IMG/VR virus record: IMGVR_UViG_3300005782_000011
Span: 1 to 36,456 of that record
DNA length: 36,456 nucleotides
Reading direction: 5' to 3' (one strand)
Origin: a virus
Taxonomy: Duplodnaviria; Caudoviricetes
In this document: piece after piece, positions 8,411 through 17,243 of the stretch
How the letters are laid out: the number at the start of each line of letters is the position of its first letter
Numbering within the stretch: the stretch's first letter is position 1
The notes under the pieces: model-generated
The model's input: only the letters and a program-made list of their open reading frames with translations
Databases searched by the model: none
Told to the model about the DNA's origin: nothing
Program-made: the position numbers and the translations under genes

Positions 8411-9640
8411 ATGTCAGAACAAGCAACAGAGCCACAGGAAACGGCAGAAGGGCAGAAAACGGCTGTCGAAACGGAAGCGGCTGAAGAGACTGCCAAACCA
8501 GCGGAAACATCGCTGTTCAAGGGCAAGACCTTCCAAGTCAGTGCCAAAGACGGTTCGACCAAGACCCTGAAGGGCGATGAGACGCTGGCCGATGTCGAGG
8601 CCCGCGAAAAAGCCGAGACCGAGAAGGCCGAGAAGGCCGAGAAGCCCAAAGAAGCCGGCAAGAAAGAGGGCGAGAAGCCCAAGAAGGACTCTGGGAAAGG
8701 GGAGGGTTCGGAGCCTCCTGAAAAGCCTGAAGACCAGAAACCCGAACCGCCGAGTGAAGGGACTGACGACCTGATAAAGCCTGATGACCCGAAAGGAGTC
8801 AAAAAGCGTATCGAAAAGGCCGTCACCAGGCAACGTGAAGCTGAACGCAGAGCGGAAACACTGCAAAAACGCCTGGATGATCAGGAAGCACGTCTGGACG
8901 CCCTGGAAACCGGCAAGGCCAAACCCGAAGGCGAAAGCAAGAAGCCTGGCGAAGCTGTTGAAACCGGGGCCGATGAGGCGGGAAAGCCCGTCAGGCCCGC
9001 AAGGCCAAAAGATGGCGATTTCGATAATTACGAAGACTACGAAAAGGCTGCTGAGAAATATGAAAACGACCTGTCTGAGTATTTCGAGAAACTTGCCGAC
9101 TGGAAGGCCGATCAGAAAGTCCGCGAATATGCCGCCGAACAGCAGACAAAAGCCTTAGAAACTGAGGACAAGAAACTGATTGATGAGGCGGTCAAAAAAT
9201 ACCCGGACTTTATCGAAATCGCCATCAAAAACGATCTGGAATACACGGAGACGATGGCCGAGACGATTTACGGTTCGCAGAAATTCGCCGAACTCGCGTA
9301 TTACATCGGTGAACACCCCGAGGAGGCTGCGAAAATAGCCAAACTCGACCCGATACAACAGGTTCGGGAATTGACCACAATCGAGTTGTTGGGACTTCAG
9401 GACAAGAGCAAATCCACTGAAACCGACAACGACGCTCAGCCCGCAAAGCCAGAGAAGAAAGACGAGAAACCGCCTGGCGCAGAGGGGCTGAAGCGAACCA
9501 CCCAGGCTGATGAACCGATCAAGCCGGTCAATGCAGCGGGCACTGCTGCGCCGTTCGATCCAGCAACGGCGAGTGTCAAGGCGCTGCAAGCGCACATGAA
9601 CTCCAAGCGGATAGCAAAAGTTCAGCAGCTTGCGGGATAA
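8411..9640 (+). CDS. Scaffolding protein
   Basis: AGGAG SD; highly charged, coiled-coil GVKKRIEKAVTRQREAERRAE, FDNYEDY and AELAYYIGEHPEEA motifs; immediately before capsid. Confidence 0.85.
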   Translation: MSEQATEPQETAEGQKTAVETEAAEETAKPAETSLFKGKTFQVSAKDGSTKTLKGDETLADVEAREKAETEKAEKAEKPKEAGKKEGEKPKKDSGKGEGSEPPEKPEDQKPEPPSEGTDDLIKPDDPKGVKKRIEKAVTRQREAERRAETLQKRLDDQEARLDALETGKAKPEGESKKPGEAVETGADEAGKPVRPARPKDGDFDNYEDYEKAAEKYENDLSEYFEKLADWKADQKVREYAAEQQTKALETEDKKLIDEAVKKYPDFIEIAIKNDLEYTETMAETIYGSQKFAELAYYIGEHPEEAAKIAKLDPIQQVRELTTIELLGLQDKSKSTETDNDAQPAKPEKKDEKPPGAEGLKRTTQADEPIKPVNAAGTAAPFDPATASVKALQAHMNSKRIAKVQQLAG

Positions 9641-9655
9641 GGGAGATTATTGGCA

Positions 9656-10870
9656 ATGGCTAATACCTTTATGACCCATGATATAGTCGCTAAACTCGCG
9701 GCAATAAGCCTGACCAATAAAACGGTCGGCCTGAACGTCGTGAACCGTGACTATACTTCCGATTTCAAGCCGTCGGGCAGAGGGGATACAGTGCGCGTGC
9801 GCGTGCCCGCAGACCTCAGGTCTTATGACGGCCCGGACATCACCGGCAATGGCGACAGCCAATTCCTGACGGAAACTTACGTCAATGTCCAGCTCGAAAA
9901 GGATAAGGTCGTGCCGGTGACGATTACCAACAAGGACCTGACGCTGGAAATCGAGGACTTCCAGAAGCAGGTCACCGATCAACAGATGATCCCGATGGCG
10001 GATGCCATCGACAGCTACATTTTTGAAACCCTGCCCCTGCTCTGCCCGAACATCGTAGGTGAGCCGGGCATTACTCCGGCCTCTGACGAAGTGGTTAGTG
10101 ATGCGGCTGTCAGGCTGACCGAGATGGGCTGCCCGGGTGAGGACAGAAATTTTGTCCTCAATCCGAAAGCCAGGGGTTCTCTGGCGCAGTACATCAAGGC
10201 AACTTCCAGCCAGAAGATGGCGGAGGATGCTATCCGGCGCGGGTTCGTCGGTCGCACGGCCGACATGGCCTTCTGGGAGAGCAACAATATCAGTCGTCAC
10301 ACCAACGGAAGTTTCGACGGTACGCCGATTGTCATGGGTGCCAGCCAGACCGGTGCCGAGGTGATCGTCGATGATGTCGGTGGCGCTATCACGGACTTTC
10401 TGCTGAAGGGTGATATTATCACCTTCGCCGGTTGCTATGCGGTCAAGCCGGTCAATGGCGAGGCGCTGCCGTATCTCAAGCAGTTCGTTGTGACCGCTGA
10501 TACGGATGCGGTGGCAACCGGTACCGGCCAAGCCACCATACCGATTTCCCCGTCCATCGATGTTACTGTGCCGGGCAAGACCTGCTCAGCCAGCCCGACG
10601 GATGGTGGGGCGGTGACACTCGTTGGTGGTGCTTCGGGAACCTACAACCGGAACCTGGCCTGCCACAAGAGGGCAATCACCCTCGCAACGGCTCCGCTCG
10701 CCCCGCTACGCGGTGGAAGCGTGAGCCATCATGTCACGCTCGACGGTATCAGCCTGCTTTATTCCGCGGGCGATGACATCAAGGCCCGGCACACGATCAT
10801 GCGTTATGACTGCCTCTTCGGCGGTCTGCTGGTCAATCCGAATATGTGCTGCCTGATCGCAGGTGAGTAA
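9656..10870 (+). CDS. Major capsid protein, P22 coat family
   Basis: MANTFMT, VNRDYTSDF, GDTVRVRVP, GDIITFAG, KQFVVTAD, RYDCLFG motifs; 404 aa. Confidence 0.92.
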   Translation: MANTFMTHDIVAKLAAISLTNKTVGLNVVNRDYTSDFKPSGRGDTVRVRVPADLRSYDGPDITGNGDSQFLTETYVNVQLEKDKVVPVTITNKDLTLEIEDFQKQVTDQQMIPMADAIDSYIFETLPLLCPNIVGEPGITPASDEVVSDAAVRLTEMGCPGEDRNFVLNPKARGSLAQYIKATSSQKMAEDAIRRGFVGRTADMAFWESNNISRHTNGSFDGTPIVMGASQTGAEVIVDDVGGAITDFLLKGDIITFAGCYAVKPVNGEALPYLKQFVVTADTDAVATGTGQATIPISPSIDVTVPGKTCSASPTDGGAVTLVGGASGTYNRNLACHKRAITLATAPLAPLRGGSVSHHVTLDGISLLYSAGDDIKARHTIMRYDCLFGGLLVNPNMCCLIAGE

Positions 10871-10885
10871 ACTGACGGAAACTAC

Positions 10886-10915
10886 GGACGGGGTTTCGGC
10901 CCCGTCCTGTTCTTT
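10886..10915 (+). terminator. Terminator/stabilising hairpin after capsid
   Basis: GGACGGGGT-TTCG-GCCCCGTCC then TGTTCTTT (imperfect U-tract). Confidence 0.7.
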
Positions 10916-10930
10916 AACCGGAGACGTGAA

Positions 10931-11500
10931 ATGAGGAAGATAATCGCTTTGTCGGTTCTGATCGCAGCCTTACTATTGGCGGTGTTTATCGCTGTCAGGG
11001 CGCAGATTACAGTGCCGACGAGCACTCTTGATTTCAGCCTTATATTCCGGCCTCCGTCAGATCCCAGACCGGTTGAGGTGGTAACGGGGTTTTTCCGCTG
11101 GTTCAACGCCAGGGGCAGAACCGAGACCGTCAATATGGATGTATTGGGCGAAGAGTGGCTCGATTCAACGGTTATCGCCTCACGAGGCAAGCCGGTGACA
11201 TTCGTTCGGGCAGACTCAGCCGCGCTTGCGGCCCGCTACGGCAGAACGATGAAAACCTGGATCATAACCGTAACCGACACGACCCGCGCTTCAGCCGGGG
11301 TGGATTATGGAACGGTTGATCTGACGATCCTTGATCTCACAAGCGGGACCGGAAGAGATACTTCGCTTTTCATCTCTCCTGCGGGCCTTGAATGCTCCGA
11401 ATTCGTTATTGACATTATTGACGTGGGATTCGCCCCGTATGATTCGATTCGCGCAGGCGACCGGACAATCATGTCCTGGATAACTTTTAAATGGCAGTGA
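10931..11500 (+). CDS. Exported protein with Sec signal peptide in the head module
   Basis: MRKIIALSVLIAALLLAVFIAVRA|Q; DST, DSA, DTT, DSI motifs. Confidence 0.75.
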   Translation: MRKIIALSVLIAALLLAVFIAVRAQITVPTSTLDFSLIFRPPSDPRPVEVVTGFFRWFNARGRTETVNMDVLGEEWLDSTVIASRGKPVTFVRADSAALAARYGRTMKTWIITVTDTTRASAGVDYGTVDLTILDLTSGTGRDTSLFISPAGLECSEFVIDIIDVGFAPYDSIRAGDRTIMSWITFKWQ

Positions 11501-11507
11501 GGTGGCT

Positions 11508-11873
11508 ATGTCTTACACACACAGAGATTGTGCGGTTGGTAGGCGCATGGATTTCGGTTCTATCGGCGCAGGCGAAGCCACCTCGGAACTTGAGACCTAT
11601 AAAGTCCAGGAAGTCAGTTTCGGGGTTGCTGTCTCGAACCTTGACGGACAGGCCGCATTCCAGCTTGAGGGTAAGATCGGTGAAAGCTGGTCTGCCCTTG
11701 TTGATAGTAATATTCTTCTCGATGGCGACCCAGAGGGGCATTCCGGCAATGGAATGCTGGTTTATTCCCATTGCGCGAGCCTCGAGGCAATCCGTTGCCG
11801 GTTTATCAGCGCTACGGGGGATCTCGTTCCTTCGGCGGTGGTGCTGGCAAAGGGTGTAAAAATCGCGGAATAA
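11508..11873 (+). CDS. Small beta-sandwich virion-associated protein
   Basis: GAGGTGG SD; QLEGKIGESW and AIRCRF pattern typical of small phage structural beta domains. Confidence 0.6.
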   Translation: MSYTHRDCAVGRRMDFGSIGAGEATSELETYKVQEVSFGVAVSNLDGQAAFQLEGKIGESWSALVDSNILLDGDPEGHSGNGMLVYSHCASLEAIRCRFISATGDLVPSAVVLAKGVKIAE

Positions 11874-11916
11874 TACCTTTGATCTAAAGGAACATTATTC
11901 ACAACAGAGGTAAAAC

Positions 11917-12411
11917 ATGGACATTTTCGGAAATCGTTTCGACATTTTCAAGGCCAGGCCCAAGGCCGCGGGTATTATCGTGCAGGACATCGGTTCCGAT
12001 GGTAAGCTCCGTACTTATATCTCGGCCTACAACCGGGTAGGATCGGTGCTCGCCAAGGGCCAACCGGTCACAATCGACTATGCGGTGACCTATATGGTGG
12101 CTGCGATAGCCAACGCCACGACCGGCAGCGAGGTCTACAAACAGACCGGCGGGGCGCTCAAGGTCACGCAGATCAACGAACTCTGGTGGTTTCAGATCGG
12201 TGGGGCGGGCAAGGGTCTGGTGGACGGCACAACCGATGTGGCTGCGACGGAAGCCCTGGAAGTGCTCAACGCGGGAACGGCGTGGATCAAGGCCGGGACT
12301 GCCCGGGACTTGTCCACCGGGGCAATCGCCCTGGCGGCCCAGGCTGCGAACTCTGCGGTTCTGGTGGATGTTCTTTACATTCCCGAGCGGCATTCAATTG
12401 AATCCGCCTGA
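11917..12411 (+). CDS. Head decoration/cement-like protein
   Basis: AGAGGT SD; LAKGQPV, WWFQIGG, GAIALAA; Ala/Gly rich; followed by a hairpin like the capsid gene. Confidence 0.6.
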   Translation: MDIFGNRFDIFKARPKAAGIIVQDIGSDGKLRTYISAYNRVGSVLAKGQPVTIDYAVTYMVAAIANATTGSEVYKQTGGALKVTQINELWWFQIGGAGKGLVDGTTDVAATEALEVLNAGTAWIKAGTARDLSTGAIALAAQAANSAVLVDVLYIPERHSIESA

Positions 12412-12416
12412 TAACA

Positions 12417-12442
12417 GGGGGGCGAAAGCCCCCCCACCTTTT
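12417..12442 (+). terminator. Terminator-like hairpin
   Basis: GGGGGGC-GAAA-GCCCCCC then CACCTTTT. Confidence 0.65.
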
Positions 12443-12462
12443 AACCATTTCAGGAGTTTTTC

Positions 12463-12846
12463 ATGCCTACAATGCAAAAACCCGGTGCCGAACATACCTA
12501 CGAGTATATAGAATACCCGTCGGTGCGCTATCACCCCACCGAGGATCCTCGAACCATTACTTGTAAGGCGCAGGAAGAAAAGGGTTGGTATGACAGTCCA
12601 ACGAAAGCCAACGCGGTGGCCAAGAAACTGCTGCTGAAAGCAGCGGAGAAGGCTGCCGAGGAGAAGGAGGCCATGCGTCTGCAGCGGGCCGAGGAAAAGG
12701 AAGCGCTCGCAAAGATGTCCGAGAAGATCAAGGCGGAAAAGGCTGCCGCTCCGCCACCGGAAGACCAGGCTGCCGTCCCGCCGCCGAGCAAAAAGAAGCG
12801 GCCCGCACGGAGAAAGAAAAGGGCAAAGGCGAAGCCTCGCTCTTAA
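12463..12846 (+). CDS. Small head-module protein with basic C-terminal tail
   Basis: AGGAG SD; EYPSVRYHP...KGWYDSP core; ends SKKKRPARRKKRAKAKPRS. Confidence 0.75.
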   Translation: MPTMQKPGAEHTYEYIEYPSVRYHPTEDPRTITCKAQEEKGWYDSPTKANAVAKKLLLKAAEKAAEEKEAMRLQRAEEKEALAKMSEKIKAEKAAAPPPEDQAAVPPPSKKKRPARRKKRAKAKPRS

Positions 12847-12948
12847 AATCGGATATTGCCAAGCGGACAGCCTTGGAATCATGGAATTACCCGATACAAA
12901 CCGAGAAATAAAGGAATTAATTTACAACTAATTTCAGGAGGTTAAAAA

Positions 12949-13101
12949 ATGGCTCGCAGACCGGCAAGAAATGGTAGCGGAAAAGGACGGGGGCAAAGCG
13001 GGGGCGGACGGGCTAATCGAAACACGGGTGGCTGTTCAAAGGGTGGTCCAGGAGGAGGAAAGGGTGGCGGACGAGGTTCTGGGACTGGTCGCCGCCGTTA
13101 G
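12949..13101 (+). CDS. 50-aa Gly/Arg-rich basic peptide
   Basis: AGGAGGT SD; MARRPARNGSGKGRGQSGGGRANRNTGGCSKGGPGGGKGGGRGSGTGRRR*. Not in the ORF track. Confidence 0.7.
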   Translation: MARRPARNGSGKGRGQSGGGRANRNTGGCSKGGPGGGKGGGRGSGTGRRR

Positions 13102-13190
13102 CACTTCCCTTTCTCTTGACACTTCCCTGTGGGTATTCTCCGCAGCGATAGTGGTGTTTCTTTTCATTCGACTTTAGTTGAGGATTTCCG

Positions 13191-14138
13191 ATGATCTCAG
13201 CCGAGATGCTTTCCAAGCTTGGAATACGCCTGAACCGCGAAGCCCCGGAAAGCGAGTTTAATATCGCCGAACGCCTGTCCTTTCTCAATGACGGGCAATT
13301 ATACGTTGCGGGTAAATTGCCGATTTACATGGTGCGGCAGATCGAGACCGTGAGTTCGGCTATAGCTGTCGATGCCAACGGCGGCATAAGCCTGGCGGCA
13401 CTTGATAGACTTACCGTAGTGGAGGAGGACCCAGCCTCGACCACCGTATTCAAGGGTACTGCCGATCAAGGCTTGTCGAGCGTGAACGATGCCTATAACG
13501 GTGCTGTGGTTATCAACGTGACGAATGGAACGTATCATGTGGTGACCGATTATGTCGGTGCTGACCTGCAATTCACGGTATCCGAAGAAGTTGCGGTAGC
13601 CCCCCGCACCTGGAACAGCGGGGATGAATTTATTTTCCCGAACGGGGAACTGGCCTTGCCGGGCATCCTGAACGGCGACCGGAGCATACTCGATGTTTTG
13701 CACTCAAGCGGTTACTATTGCACAGAGATCGACGACGATGATGAATGGCGGCATGTCATTGAGAAAGGCTATTCATATCCATCGTCAAACCCGCGCTACC
13801 GCCTTCAGGGAACAAAGCTGTACCTGAATCCTTATACTTACGGCACGACCACCGGGGTCATCAGGTACAGGGCCACGCCAACAAAAATTACTTCGAGCAT
13901 TTCCTGCGCCTTTGGTGAGGATGTTCAGGAATTAATCGTGGACTACGCGCTGTACGTGGGCCTCAAAACAGCCAGGATATACGATATGGCTGGGGCGGTT
14001 CTGCAACTGGTGGATAAACAGATTGCACAGGCTACAAACCGTTACTCAAAAGTGGGGCGGAAAGTGGGTTTTGAGGCCAGCAGAATGACCGGTCGCGGCG
14101 GTGGGCGCATCGGAGATATTCTTACTCGCGGGGGCTGA
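13191..14138 (+). CDS. Head-tail adaptor/tail ring protein 1
   Basis: N-terminal helix pair (FLNDGQ), LYLNP...IRYRATP, ELIVDYA C-terminal helix; paralog of 20739-21629. Confidence 0.6.
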   Translation: MISAEMLSKLGIRLNREAPESEFNIAERLSFLNDGQLYVAGKLPIYMVRQIETVSSAIAVDANGGISLAALDRLTVVEEDPASTTVFKGTADQGLSSVNDAYNGAVVINVTNGTYHVVTDYVGADLQFTVSEEVAVAPRTWNSGDEFIFPNGELALPGILNGDRSILDVLHSSGYYCTEIDDDDEWRHVIEKGYSYPSSNPRYRLQGTKLYLNPYTYGTTTGVIRYRATPTKITSSISCAFGEDVQELIVDYALYVGLKTARIYDMAGAVLQLVDKQIAQATNRYSKVGRKVGFEASRMTGRGGGRIGDILTRGG

Positions 14139-14142
14139 TAAA

Positions 14143-14334
14143 ATGCCTTACAAAGTTAAAGGCTCCATCTTGTATCACGATCCAAATAATGATGGCCATT
14201 GGATGATTAAACAGCGTTGCGAATCGCACGAGAATGCCATTGCTGCTATGCAACTAATTCAGATGAAAAAACACGGGATCGTACCCCGTGGCGGATGGCG
14301 CAACCAGCGGACACGGCGCGGCCTTAAAAGATGA
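14143..14334 (+). CDS. Small basic hypothetical protein, 63 aa
   Basis: Starts MPYKVKG; fills the gap between adaptor and tail genes. Confidence 0.6.
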   Translation: MPYKVKGSILYHDPNNDGHWMIKQRCESHENAIAAMQLIQMKKHGIVPRGGWRNQRTRRGLKR

Positions 14335-14352
14335 AAGTAGGATAATTAAAAA

Positions 14353-16440
14353 ATGTCTGCACCAACCGGAAAAACGCTTCATGAACTGAATTTCCTCAAC
14401 CTGATTAATATCCAGGATCGGGATCGCGTTTTGATTGGGGATGTGAGCGAGCCGCTTCTCTCTAAGGCGACCACGGTAGCTAATCTACGGGTCGCCTTGG
14501 GAACTTTCGCCGAGTCAGGCTATACAGAGAACGAGGAACTTGATATTCCAACCTGGGTGCTTGAGGGCGGCAAAGGCTACTGGCGCATCACTATCCTGTC
14601 AGCGGTTGAAAACGCATTAGCCTATTTAATCTGTTACTATAATGAGGCTACCGACGCCTGGACGCTGTTTCCCAAATCCGTGATCGAGACGCGCACAACT
14701 GTCGGCTTGTCCGCGGGCCCGTTGATAATGGATATTTTCGTACAACGGGATGAAGATGGAATCACACCCCGAACCTACCGGCGGTTCAAGATTCAAGCTC
14801 TGACCAGCCTGGAAAAAGGCCCTCTGTCCGATGAACAGGCGGCCTATACGATAGTCTCACTGCCAGCTAATTTCGTTCCAGCTGCGCCTACGCTGGTTGA
14901 TGATGAAAGTTATCCCTATACTGCAGTTCGAAAGCGCTATGGTCAATATTCGCACAGTATAGTCCTGCGGGCGAACGCAGCGACCGGAGAGGCTGATTAT
15001 ATCGAGCGTTATGAATTGCAGCGCAGACCATACGTTGAAGGCCAGTCTGCAAAGGCCGGTTGGGTTACTCTGCCGATGCATACCTTGGGCCGCAATCCGC
15101 AGAAGCCAGCACCGAGCAGATTGATATATACAGACGACAGCGCGGAGGCGGCTCCTGGGGATGTGCTTGAATACCGGATACAGGCGGTGGCGATAACGGG
15201 AGAGGATCACGAGACCCCAAGTATATGGAGTTCAGAGGACCCGGAACAGGACGGCCCCGTTACTTACACGGTTGAAAACGATGACACAGCTCCAGACCCG
15301 CCCGTGCTGACAGTGAATGAGGTGCAACTCGGCTTCAAAATCATCTTTGATGATCCCACGCAGAATGACGGCGATCCTTGCGATGACATCTATTATTGGG
15401 AGTTATATTATAGCACCGATGCCGGTGAAACCTGGGAATGCGTTCTCGATCCAAAGCATGAAGGAAAGGACAGGCGGATAACAAACCAGGAATCTACTTT
15501 TCATGTGCCGGATGCCGATCTTGGTGAAGATTTTGTGTTCAAGGCCGTGGCCGTGGACTGGTCGGGGAATATGAGCGAGATGAGCGAGGTAACAACTCCA
15601 ACCAATCCGAACCCGATTACGATGGACTCGGTTGATACTGAATTCACTCAGAAGCTTGCGATTATCGACTCGACAGCCACGACCGTAAGCACACACACAA
15701 CAGAAATTAGCCAGAACGCGGAGGCGATTGCCCTGAAGGCCAGCCAGACGGATTTTGACACTCTCGATGGCCGGGTAGAGAGCGCGGAAACCTCGATAGT
15801 GGTGAATGCGGATGCGATTACCCTGAAGGCCAGCCAGACGGCCCTGAACACTACAAACGGAAATGTGAGTACCCTTTCCGGCGAAGTAGACGTACTGGCT
15901 GAAGAAGTGGAGATTGCGGTAAAGGTGGATGGTACGACTGTCAGCAGTTTCGTGGCCGGGGTGAGCGGACTAAGACTAAAGGGAGAGAGCATAGAGCTGG
16001 ATGGAGATACATCATGTTTGGGGGATTTTACAGTCCAGGGGCTTTTGAATCCCGCTGGTGGAATAAAAACGGCAAATAGTGGGTCGCGTCTTGAAATGGG
16101 CGGTTTTGGAGGAGCTGCCGCATTAAAGGCATATGATGGTGTGAATAATATACGTTTTGCCATGTCAGTTGCTTTAGATGGATTTTATTTATATGATGGA
16201 AGCGGAAATTATTTTGCTTGGATGCAATCATCAGGCGCTTATTATACTTGGGATGGCAATGCGAGAATTGAATTAAAAGTTGGAGCAACCGCGGGTTCAA
16301 TAGAGATAAATCAAATCAAAGTAATAGGAGAACAACAGGCCCATATTGTAGATGCTGACGGCACATTGGCTGATATAACAACTAAATTTAACACCCTATT
16401 ATCTGAACTTGAGGCTTTTGGCCCACTTGCAAGTTCATAA
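14353..16440 (+). CDS. Tail fibre/host-interaction protein with FN3-like domains and coiled coil
   Basis: YRIQAVAITG and FKAVAVDWSGNMSEMS FN3-type ends; AIALKASQT/AITLKASQT repeats; beta-rich AT-rich C-terminus. Confidence 0.65.
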   Translation: MSAPTGKTLHELNFLNLINIQDRDRVLIGDVSEPLLSKATTVANLRVALGTFAESGYTENEELDIPTWVLEGGKGYWRITILSAVENALAYLICYYNEATDAWTLFPKSVIETRTTVGLSAGPLIMDIFVQRDEDGITPRTYRRFKIQALTSLEKGPLSDEQAAYTIVSLPANFVPAAPTLVDDESYPYTAVRKRYGQYSHSIVLRANAATGEADYIERYELQRRPYVEGQSAKAGWVTLPMHTLGRNPQKPAPSRLIYTDDSAEAAPGDVLEYRIQAVAITGEDHETPSIWSSEDPEQDGPVTYTVENDDTAPDPPVLTVNEVQLGFKIIFDDPTQNDGDPCDDIYYWELYYSTDAGETWECVLDPKHEGKDRRITNQESTFHVPDADLGEDFVFKAVAVDWSGNMSEMSEVTTPTNPNPITMDSVDTEFTQKLAIIDSTATTVSTHTTEISQNAEAIALKASQTDFDTLDGRVESAETSIVVNADAITLKASQTALNTTNGNVSTLSGEVDVLAEEVEIAVKVDGTTVSSFVAGVSGLRLKGESIELDGDTSCLGDFTVQGLLNPAGGIKTANSGSRLEMGGFGGAAALKAYDGVNNIRFAMSVALDGFYLYDGSGNYFAWMQSSGAYYTWDGNARIELKVGATAGSIEINQIKVIGEQQAHIVDADGTLADITTKFNTLLSELEAFGPLASS

Positions 16441-16695
16441 TTAATATTTGCGATATATCTTACATGTGTCAAGATTAACAGAATCTTCGTTGACCAAAAT
16501 AATTATTCCAACATCGTTTATTTTTGAATGGATTAAATAATATGAACCCGATGGTCCATAACCCTGGTTTGCCAATTCGAGATAATCGTAACTGGCGGAA
16601 TTATTCTGTTGATTGCCGATATTAGTTGGGAGTGCGGTAGATTTACTACAGGAGAAAGCAAATAATAAAAGAAACCCAATAATTAATTTAATCAT
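16441..16695 (-). CDS. Lipoprotein moron
   Basis: MIKLIIGFLLLFAFS|C lipobox; AGGAGA SD; AT-rich; opposite strand with own promoter. Confidence 0.75.
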   Translation of the reverse strand: MIKLIIGFLLLFAFSCSKSTALPTNIGNQQNNSASYDYLELANQGYGPSGSYYLIHSKINDVGIIILVNEDSVNLDTCKIYRKY

Positions 16696-16732
16696 TTTTG
16701 TCTCCTATGAAATAAGTTATGAACACTAAATC

Positions 16733-16761
16733 AATATAAGCAATTTTTAAAATAAGTCAAA
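16733..16761 (-). promoter_or_regulatory. Sigma70-type promoter for the lipoprotein
   Basis: Minus strand TTGACT-17 bp-TATATT; same hexamers as 1758-1786. Confidence 0.75.
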
Positions 16762-16833
16762 TAGCCCGGGGAGAGCAAATAGCTTTATCTGAAAACTAAA
16801 AATCTAAGAGTGCCGGACTCCAGTAGGAGATAC

Positions 16834-16935
16834 ATGGTTACGGGGAGAAGTGCCGGAGGTAAGTTGACCCTTGCAGGAGGCTCCTGGACTAAGACGCCGA
16901 AAGGTGGCTCCGGCACAATAAAATATAGAGTTTAA
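16834..16935 (+). CDS. Possible 33-aa leader peptide overlapping a structured RNA
   Basis: AGGAGA SD; MVTGRSAGGKLTLAGGSWTKTPKGGSGTIKYRV*; stop overlaps the start of RNA element copy B. Confidence 0.3.
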   Translation: MVTGRSAGGKLTLAGGSWTKTPKGGSGTIKYRV

Positions 16936-17028
16936 CCGGATTCTGAAGTAGCCCATCTGGTAAGAGCGGACGGGAGTTATGGATGGCCGGACTGTTCGGG
17001 AAATATCCCGGATGGTTCGGCCTTTTTT
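16932..17028 (+). ncRNA. Structured leader/attenuator element, copy B
   Basis: Hairpin CCCATCTG-GTAAGAG-CGGACGGG (16952-16974), then 17-bp terminator GGCCGGACTGTTCGGGA-aata-TCCCGGATGGTTCGGCC-T6. Confidence 0.7.
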
Positions 17029-17043
17029 GTTGGGAGACCATCA

Positions 17044-17238
17044 ATGCTCAAATACTACGAAAAGCGAAAACAGGAACTCACCCAGGCTCTCGCCCAGGAG
17101 TGGATAACCCGCGGCCAAGCGGCGAAAAAGGTCGAGGAAGCCGATAGCCAGATCAAGCGGATTGAACACCGTTTAGACGAGATCGAGCGGGCAATCCAAA
17201 CTGAGGCCAAAAAGAAAACAAAACCCCCAAAGGAGTAA
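17044..17238 (+). CDS. Small coiled-coil protein
   Basis: GGGAG SD; 64 aa heptad-rich. Confidence 0.65.
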   Translation: MLKYYEKRKQELTQALAQEWITRGQAAKKVEEADSQIKRIEHRLDEIERAIQTEAKKKTKPPKE

Positions 17239-17243
17239 AGCCC

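Noticed and set aside
9647-10531. Long antisense ORFs over capsid (and 5197-6060 over portal)
   Set aside because: Expected shadows of GC3-biased genes with clear + strand identity.
12971-13177. 68-aa ORF with hydrophobic end
   Set aside because: Lacks a good SD; the overlapping frame at 12949 has AGGAGGT.
16860-16916. c-di-GMP-I riboswitch (GAAA tetraloop plus CUAAG)
   Set aside because: Element order is wrong and the GCAAA junction motifs are missing.
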